Assembly: GCF_000142905.1 (NCBI RefSeq)
Contig: NW_013657653.1
Span: 124,001 to 188,000, forward strand
Length of the DNA stretch: 64,000 bases
Reading direction: 5' to 3'
Source of the DNA: Thecamonas trahens ATCC 50062
Lineage: Eukaryota > Protista > Apusomonadida
Part shown: piece after piece, positions 57,201-64,000 of the stretch
Layout: every line of letters begins with the position of its first letter
How positions within the stretch are numbered: the stretch's first letter is position 1
Program-made: the position numbers and the translations under genes
Notes under the pieces: model-generated
What the model was told of the DNA's origin: nothing
Databases searched by the model: none
Seen by the model: only the letters and a program-made list of their open reading frames with translations

Positions 57201-60200
57201 CGACACCGCAAGGTTGTTCGATGTCGACACGCCCGCGGCAAGCTCGCCTCCACCGTGGAACAGCTGGGTGTCCATCACCGACGCGTCGGTGTACGAGTAC
57301 GAGTAGGCCGTAAACGTGAGCGGGAGCTGGAACATGTCGTGCGCAAGCGTGACGTCAGAGCACACCGGCCCAACTTGGTAGTGGAACGCGTCGGCCATAA
57401 ACGAGCAGAACAGCGCAACCGACATTGGTTCGCCGTGATCGCACACCGCTGCCACCGTGTCGTCGTACATGGGCAACAGCTTGCCGAGGACCCGGCCAAA
57501 CGGCGAGTGCTTCATCGGGGCAAGCGGGGCTTGGACGCTGGGGTCGGCCTTGACGTCGGCCAGAAAGTCGACGCCGGCCTTGAGCAGCTCGCACATCGAC
57601 GCGTCCTTGGACATCATGCCCTTGAGCATGCGGATCAACGCATCGTCGCCAGACCACGTCGCCGTCGCCTCAGCTTGCAGGTTCTCCTTAAACTGCTCAA
57701 ACGCAGCGCCAGAGGCCAGGTCGCCCGAGTCAGACACGCCAAGGTTGATGGTGAGGTGTGGGAGGCCGGGCACTGGCGCGTCGAGCGCGTCGATGTGCAT
57801 GTCACCAACGACTGCAGAGCCAGAAACATCGGCCTCGAGTGTAAAGGTGGAGAAGAGCGAGCTCGTCGTCGTCCCGGCCTTGAGCGCCGTAGCGGTTGTG
57901 AGCCACGGCGAGGCCGCAGTGAGAACCAGCGACGCCGATGTCTCCGCCGTCACCGACCCGACCTCGAGCCCGAGCGGGCCGAGCGTTCCGGTTGTTGCCT
58001 CTGCCTCGAACGACGTAGCAGCAGAGAGGCCAACCACAAGCTCCTTCACCACCGACCGCGACTGGCTCATCACTGGTGCGGCGTACTCGAGGCCAGGCAC
58101 CGTGATGTTCGAAATCGAGAGCGAGTACGGGATGACCAGGTGTTGAGTCTCCGGGTTGATTGCCGCGTTGATAGCAATCTCCACTTGCGGCGAGCCCGGG
58201 TTGAGCACTGGGTCGGGTGCCACAACACCGACGCCGAGCACGCCAGCGAGCTCGACGTCGGTGATCTGCGACAGCAGCGCGTGCATGAGCTGCTCCGACA
58301 CTAGCGCACCGGGCGCGAGATGAATGTACTGCGCCACCTCAACCGACTTGGGTGGGACGTCAGGCTCGACAGACCGCACAACAAACTGCGCGTGGAGCTG
58401 GAAGCCACCGCCGGTGGCAGGCACCCGCGCGGTGGAAAAGTCCTCGATTGCTGACCCGTTAACAAACGCAGTCTCGATCGAGATGTTGCGCGCCGATCGC
58501 AGCGGCGCGCATCCGTGGATGATGCCGACCTCGGCTTGCACAAACGCGTCGACGCGGGCTTGCGCGCTGGACGCAGGCAGCTCGACGTTGATCGGCCCAG
58601 CCTTCATCGTCGACGCCACCGACGAGGTAGTTCCGTCAAAGAGCGTCGCGTTAAAGCCGAGCTTGAAAGCAGTTCCAGGCAGGACGCCCGAGAAGTACGC
58701 TGCCCAGCCCGGCACGTTCGGCACACACGACGGCAGGCTCAGCGCCTCGACCTCGATAGACGACGGAAGGTGGACGAGCGAGTTGATACCTGACTGGGCA
58801 AGGAGGACAACCAGGTCGTCCCACCGTCCAAAAACGGGCACCGACGACTCTGTCCAAGTCGTTGTGTACGGCGAGAGCACGTGACTCTTGCTCTTGGCCT
58901 TCATCGAGAACGATTTCACCACTCCCGGCACCGCCGGCTTGAGCGAAAACACTGCACAGCTCTGTCCGTCCTGCGAGAAGACGCTGCTCACGCTCGGTGC
59001 CACAAAGTCACGGACCCGGAGGCCGGCCTTGCCGGCATAGGTGCATCCAGCAAGTCCGGCTTCGGCCGTCGCAAGCAGCGACCTCGCCAGGTTGCCAGTG
59101 TTGAGCGCCTCAAACGAGAACGAGCACTCGACGGTTGGCAGCGACGGCGCGTTGACGCCAATCGCGTAGTTCTCGGTGTGTGCTGCAATTGGCGCGTCCA
59201 CACACACGGTCGCGTACATGAGCTCCGGCTCAAGGTCACCAGCCCAGGTGAGCTTGGCCAGAATCGGCTCGAGCGCCGCAGCAACCGAGTCGAGCGCGTC
59301 GACGCCCTTGTTCACCAGAGGGAGCGGGAATGAGCCGGCTCCAGAGCCAAAGCTGGCAACCGACGAGAGCGTGTTCGACAGCGCCGCTATGATGTCCTTG
59401 GGTGCCGTGGCAGAGAGCGTCGGAAGGAGGGAGGCCACAGGGCCCGAGCCGTGGAGTGAGGCGCTGGCAAGCACGGCCTTGGGCGGAAAGTGGGGGTAGC
59501 CGACCACATTGACGGCCGCGTCCGACGAGAGCGGCACGGTCCCGTTGACCAGGTTTGCATTGTCCATTGCCGCGAGGTCGCTGTCCTCGATCGTCACACG
59601 CATCGACGCCATCGAGCCCGACAGCCCGTCTGTCTTGGCATCGCACTTGACCGAGAGACTCGAGCTGGTCGGGAGGTCGAGCTTAAGATGCATCGAGCCG
59701 TCGGTCACCGCCGCGGCCGACATCTGCCAGCTCGCTGGCGCTGCAAAATGCGCCACACGTGCTGTGCCGCTGACTGCCAGCGTCACGCTGCTTGGAGCTG
59801 CAGTCGAGAGTTCAAGCTCCGAAGTGAGGAGTAGGTGCAGCGGAACCCGCGAGAGGTCCACCACTCCGGCCCACGGGGCGGCCTCGGTCTGAATCCGCGT
59901 TTCAGCCCGCCAAACGCTCGCCACACTGACTGCCAACTGAGGCGCGCCAGCAGTGCCGGTCAGCTCGACGGTGACTTGCGCACCGAGCCCACCCGGCGCG
60001 GCGTCGAGCGCCGCCGCCACCACCGCCACCATGTCCTTGGCGTCGTGCGCATGCTTGCCAGCCACAGCATTCTCGAGTGCCTCGAGGACAGAGAGCATGG
60101 ACGCGCCAAGAACCAGGCTCGTCGGCCCAATCTCGCTCGTAGCCCACGCGTGATTTCCAGCGGTGGCCAGCTCGGTCGAGGCCGCCGAGAGCGAAGAAGC

Positions 60201-62412
60201 CAGCGCCGACGCACCGGCCGACGAAACCCTCACCTTGTTGGTTGCAACCTTGCCCTGCGCTAGCGAGGCCCAGGAAAAGCCACCGGCGGAAGAGGCGTCA
60301 GTCGAGAGCGAGACGCTCTCGACTTGAAGGCCCCCATTTGTGCATGCAACGTCGGCAGCCGTGTAGAGCGCGGCACCAGTCGGGTCAGTCGAGACCAGAT
60401 CCACCGCGCGTGCCCGGATAGAGGTGTAGACCTTGGGCGCATGCTTCCACGCAGGCGCACCACTGTACACCAGATCCATTGTACCCGCGAGGTAGACCGA
60501 CTGCTGCGCGAGCGTGAGCTGCGAGACGGTGGTGACAAAGCCGGGCGCACCAAAGCCGGCGACGGCAGGCACAGATGCAGTTAGCGCCGCAGCACCCGCT
60601 GCAAACGTGGCGTTAAGATGATGAGTGCAGGTTGCCGGGAGCGGGGCGGAGAGGCTCCGTCCAGCGAGCACAACTTCCAGAGTCGGCACGACTGTCGTCT
60701 CGCCGGCCAACGGAGCACGGAACTGAAGATAGCAATGCTCCAACTGCGAGGCGGCGCAGACGGTCCGCGTGTGCGGGCCGGTAAACCACGCCCAGAATCC
60801 GTTGAAACTTGGCGTCAGCGTTGCCGCTAGGTACGCATCCACCAGACCATCAACGCCAGACGCAGGCACAAGACGAGTGTTGATAAATTCGGCAAGCATT
60901 GGCGCAAGCGATGGCGTGGCCGTCAGCGCCTCGCCCACCTGCGCGGCAATGGCGGCCACATCGCTGGCATTGCCGGTCAGCGCTGCGTCCGGCAGCGCCA
61001 CGCCACCCAGCGACGAGCCGTCAAAGACGGGCGCGAGCGGAACAACCCGCTGCGCATCGGCGCCCGAGCCAATCATGACTGATGCCACAGAGCCCGAGAA
61101 CCGGACTTGGAGGCCGCGGCCCATGCCGAGGAGGAGCTCAGGCGAGAGCTCAACAATGGCGGTCGGCCACGCCGGCGCCAGTGCGTCGAGCGAGGTGGCA
61201 GCGCGCAAGACAATGCCAACCTTGTCTCCGACCGCGACCGTGGTGGCGGAGACTGAGACCGGAATGATCGACGTCGCCGAGACCGCAAAGACCGAGTCAA
61301 GCGTCGAGACGACGGCAGCAGCATCGGCTCCGGTTCCGGTCTGCGTAATCGCAGACGCAAGAGTTGACTCGAGAAGGACCGAGCAGCCGCCCACGAGGCA
61401 CTCGGCGTGCGCGGCGTAGATGGTCGCGCCGGGCACAGTCTCCGACGCCGAGCGGACGAGCTCGCCGCTCGCCACCACGACCGGGGCACCAACGCCCGTG
61501 GACACGAATCCAGCGCGGAGCGAGGCAAAGAGCGTCAGCGGGGTATCCATCCACGACGGAATGGTGTCCGAAGGCACCTGCGCCAAGGCATTGGCCACGA
61601 TGGTCGCAGTAGACGCCGCGACCGCACCTGAAGACGTTGGCGTCGTCGCGTGGATGAGAACAAGCGGAAGTTGGCCGTCGGTCGGGTGAGTGTCGACGAT
61701 AAGGACCTTGCCCGTTGCTCCGCTGGTGCCCGTCAGCTCGAGCTTGCCGTGGAAGGGCAGCTCGAGCTCGGCGAGGTACGCCAGCGGCATGGTCGTGAGC
61801 GGGAGCGAGGCCGTCATCTCCAGCTTGCCGCTAACGGTAAAGACAGCGTCTGGTGCCGAAGCCAGTGCCATCGACACGGTCACCGTCAGTGTGTGGCTGA
61901 CGGTGAGACCGGTCATCGACCCGCTCTCCGACGACGCTGACACCGAAGCCGCCCACGACGCCGAAGTCACGTGCGCCGATGCCAGAGACGCAGGCACTGC
62001 CATGGACAGCGAGGCGACCGGGCTAGGGGACAGCGTTACATCGAGCTGGGTCAATTCGTTGTTGCCTGCGCTTGGTGCACAGGCAGCGTGGTTGGCGACG
62101 GCCTTGGCAAGGCCGCCGGTCACCGTTGCCGCGCCCGGAAACGCATCGGGGCGCGGGGGGAGTCTGTTCTCACGCAAGCTCCTAGTGAGTCTCCCGCCAC
62201 CCACCTGTTGCCCCACCACAATATCCTTTGCGCTCCCTGCCTCCCCCTCCTTGCACTCGTCGCCTCCCCAAGGACGACGTACTTGTTGCTAGACCGATGA
62301 CGGCCCGGCACAGGGGTGGTGGGAGCGGACGGCTGCCATCCTGGGCAGTCGCCGCTACAGCCACCGCGAGCACCGCCACAAGTCCCAGGAGGACAGGCGA
62401 GCACCCACGCAT
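48289..62412 (-). CDS. Giant (~4,700 aa) surface protein: signal peptide, RTX-adhesin-like ectodomain, C-terminal multipass membrane domain; frameshifts at ~62270 and ~50180
   Basis: Signal MRGCSPVLLGLVAVLAVAVAATA (ATG 62412), 4059-aa core ORF, GGxGxD-like motifs, and about eight hydrophobic helices in ORF 48289-50160. Confidence 0.82.
51847..53318. repeat. Near-identical 239-nt direct repeat (51847-52085 and 53080-53318) inside a ~1233-nt tandem unit
   Basis: By manual comparison the copies differ at 4 positions. The offset of 1233 nt equals 411 codons. Confidence 0.92.
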
Positions 62413-62765
62413 GAGGAACACAATCGAGAAAACCAAGTTTGCGGCTGCTTGGTGTTGCTACTTGCTGTGCTTAGAGTGCGGTGTGGCCGTGCGTGCGTGT
62501 GACTCAAGCAGCCTGGGTGGGTGGTAGCGGGAGGCGGCGGCTCGTTCCACAGCCGGGAAAAGTTGAGAAGAGACCGCCACGGCATGTGACCTGTGAAATT
62601 GGGTGCTCCAAGCTCGCGTGTGCCACGTGACCCGGCTCGGCCGGCCAAAGGCCGCCGGGTCAATGAGGAGCTTTATGTGTCCAAGGTTGGTGGCAGTGCT
62701 GCTTTGCGCTGCAGCCGCTGGCCAGAGCCACTCCTGGCGTGATAAGGGAGGTAGCAGCTGACCGC

Positions 62766-63185
62766 TTAAGCTCGGGAGGGACGCGGGATGATGGCGCCAC
62801 CAAGAGCGAGCCAGGCTGCAATGAGAATGAGGCCGCCGATCGGGGTGATGGCGCCGAGTTTGCGGATGCCGGTGACGACGAGAAGGTAGAGCGAGCCGGA
62901 GAAGAGAGTGGTTCCGGTAAGGACCAGCCGCAGCGGCCAAACCAGGGCAACCGGGTTAGCAACTGGCGCCACCGCGAGGAACAGCAGCATAAAGACCGAG
63001 TACGTGTGGTACCGCACCGCAGTGTCCCATGTCTTGGCCAGGCCAGGGTCGATGCCCTTGAGCGCGTGCGCTCCGAACGCGCCAGTCACGACCGAGACCG
63101 CACCCAGCACCGCGCCCCACGCCCAGCACGCTGCCCTTGTGTCGTGGGCCCACAGCGACTCGACAAGCGCAAGGTATTGCTGCAT
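62766..63185 (-). CDS. TMEM256: TMEM256/DUF423 (YgdD-like) small membrane protein
   Basis: GAFGAHAL, WDTAVRYH, GTTLFSGSLY, GAITPIGGLILIAAW. Confidence 0.93.
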   Translation of the reverse strand: MQQYLALVESLWAHDTRAACWAWGAVLGAVSVVTGAFGAHALKGIDPGLAKTWDTAVRYHTYSVFMLLFLAVAPVANPVALVWPLRLVLTGTTLFSGSLYLLVVTGIRKLGAITPIGGLILIAAWLALGGAIIPRPSRA

Positions 63186-63274
63186 GACGTGTTGGGAGGG
63201 AGACGGGTGGTGCGTGACAGTGGCTGGTGTGCTGGCTACAGTGCCGGCGCGGTGGGCATCCTGCTGCAGCCCTC

Positions 63275-63305
63275 GTTGCCAGGCAACCAGACATTGCCTG
63301 GCAAC
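63275..63305. promoter_or_regulatory. Inverted repeat made of two X-box-like dyads in a divergent promoter
   Basis: GTTGCCAGGCAAC (63275-63287) and ATTGCCTGGCAAC (63293-63305); 12-bp arms with a 7-nt spacer. Function inferred. Confidence 0.5.
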
Positions 63306-63417
63306 TAGAAAGGAGCCACAAGGCGGAGCGCGTCCTGCCCACAAAACCAGTGCCGGCTTAGCATGTGGCGGGAAGGGGCGGCCCGAGGATACGCAGTGTT
63401 AGGACCAAGAGACAGCC

Positions 63418-64000
63418 ATGAGTGCGGAAGAGCAAGGTCGGATCTCTGTGTGTGTAATCGGACAGGTTGATCACGGCAAGTCATCGCTTTGCGGCCGGCT
63501 GCTGTACGAGGCCAAGGCGCTCGACGGGCGGATGCTGGACCGGCTTGAGCGCGAGGCGAGCGCATCAGGTGCCGGCACGTCGTGGAAGTGGGCCTTTGCG
63601 ATGGACTCGACCGAGTTTGAGCGCGAGCGCGGGAAGACATGCGAGATCGGACGGGCGGCCCTGGTCACGCCCGGCACTGCACGCAAGGTGGCGCTCCTCG
63701 ACGCGCCAGGCCACGATGCGTTTGTCCCGCACATGATCGGCGGAGCCGTGCAGGCCGACGCGGGCCTGTTGGTGGTCTCGGCGAGGGCGACCGAGTTTGA
63801 GGAGGGTTTTGACGCCCGCGGGCAGACCAAGGAGCACTGCGTGCTTGCCCGGGCTGCCGGCCTCAAGCACATCATTGTGGCTGTCAACAAGATGGACGAC
63901 CCATCGGTGGCATGGGGCGAGGCGCGCTACGCGCACATTGCCACCACACTCACCCACTTTCTCACCACCTCGCTTGGCTTTGAACCCGAGGCCGTGACGT
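63418..64000 (+). CDS. Translational GTPase of the EF1A/eRF3/HBS1 family, most like eRF3 (3'-truncated; absent from the ORF track)
   Basis: Hand translation: MSAEEQGRISVCVIGQVDHGKSSLCGRLL...ERERGKTCEIGRA...LDAPGHDAFVPHMIGGAVQADAGLLVVSARATEFEEGF..GQTKEH...VNKMDDPSVAW..RY. Confidence 0.92.
   Translation, partial: MSAEEQGRISVCVIGQVDHGKSSLCGRLLYEAKALDGRMLDRLEREASASGAGTSWKWAFAMDSTEFERERGKTCEIGRAALVTPGTARKVALLDAPGHDAFVPHMIGGAVQADAGLLVVSARATEFEEGFDARGQTKEHCVLARAAGLKHIIVAVNKMDDPSVAWGEARYAHIATTLTHFLTTSLGFEPEAVT

Noticed and set aside
39036-62412. Bacterial contamination or prophage as the source of the giant genes
   Set aside because: They have eukaryote-style signal peptides and TM tails, host-like codon usage, no operon or secretion genes, and abut eukaryotic genes (32 nt from the aquaporin stop).
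1-64000. Alternative genetic code with TAG reassigned
   Set aside because: TAG, TGA and TAA all terminate conserved genes at expected positions. Only one internal TAG was found.
1-64000. tRNA, rRNA, CRISPR arrays, transposases or LTRs
   Set aside because: None recognised by eye. Small ncRNAs cannot be excluded without tRNAscan-SE or Infernal.

Overview
GC-rich, very gene-dense, intron-poor eukaryotic (protist-like) nuclear DNA. The style would fit an apusomonad such as Thecamonas, but that is an unverified inference. About 24 protein genes are supported. Recognisable families: Ras GTPase, bacterial-type acyl-CoA ligase with a mitochondrial-type presequence, ankyrin-DHHC palmitoyltransferase, CCDC13, NYN-LOTUS protein, metallophosphoesterase, degenerate MoxR/Mtc2-like AAA protein, MFS transporter, F-BAR-like/WW protein, cNMP-binding protein, Trm10-like protein, RING protein, CdsA, transportin-3-like importin, aquaporin, TMEM256 and a divergent eRF3-like GTPase. 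About 13 apparent frameshifts, mostly single-base losses in C/G homopolymers and probably assembly errors, fragment real genes in the ORF track. Once repaired, 39-62.4 kb holds two co-oriented giant surface proteins with bacterial-adhesin-like ectodomains. One is ~2,680 aa (DUF11/isopeptide-like repeats, CBM-like module, VWD, single TM). The other is ~4,700 aa (RTX-like ectodomain, ~411-aa tandem repeat, C-terminal multipass membrane domain). Two distant orphan paralogues at 17.5 and 20.8 kb have a transcription-factor-like layout. No rRNA, tRNA, CRISPR array or transposon was recognised. All family assignments are by motif recognition, not database search.
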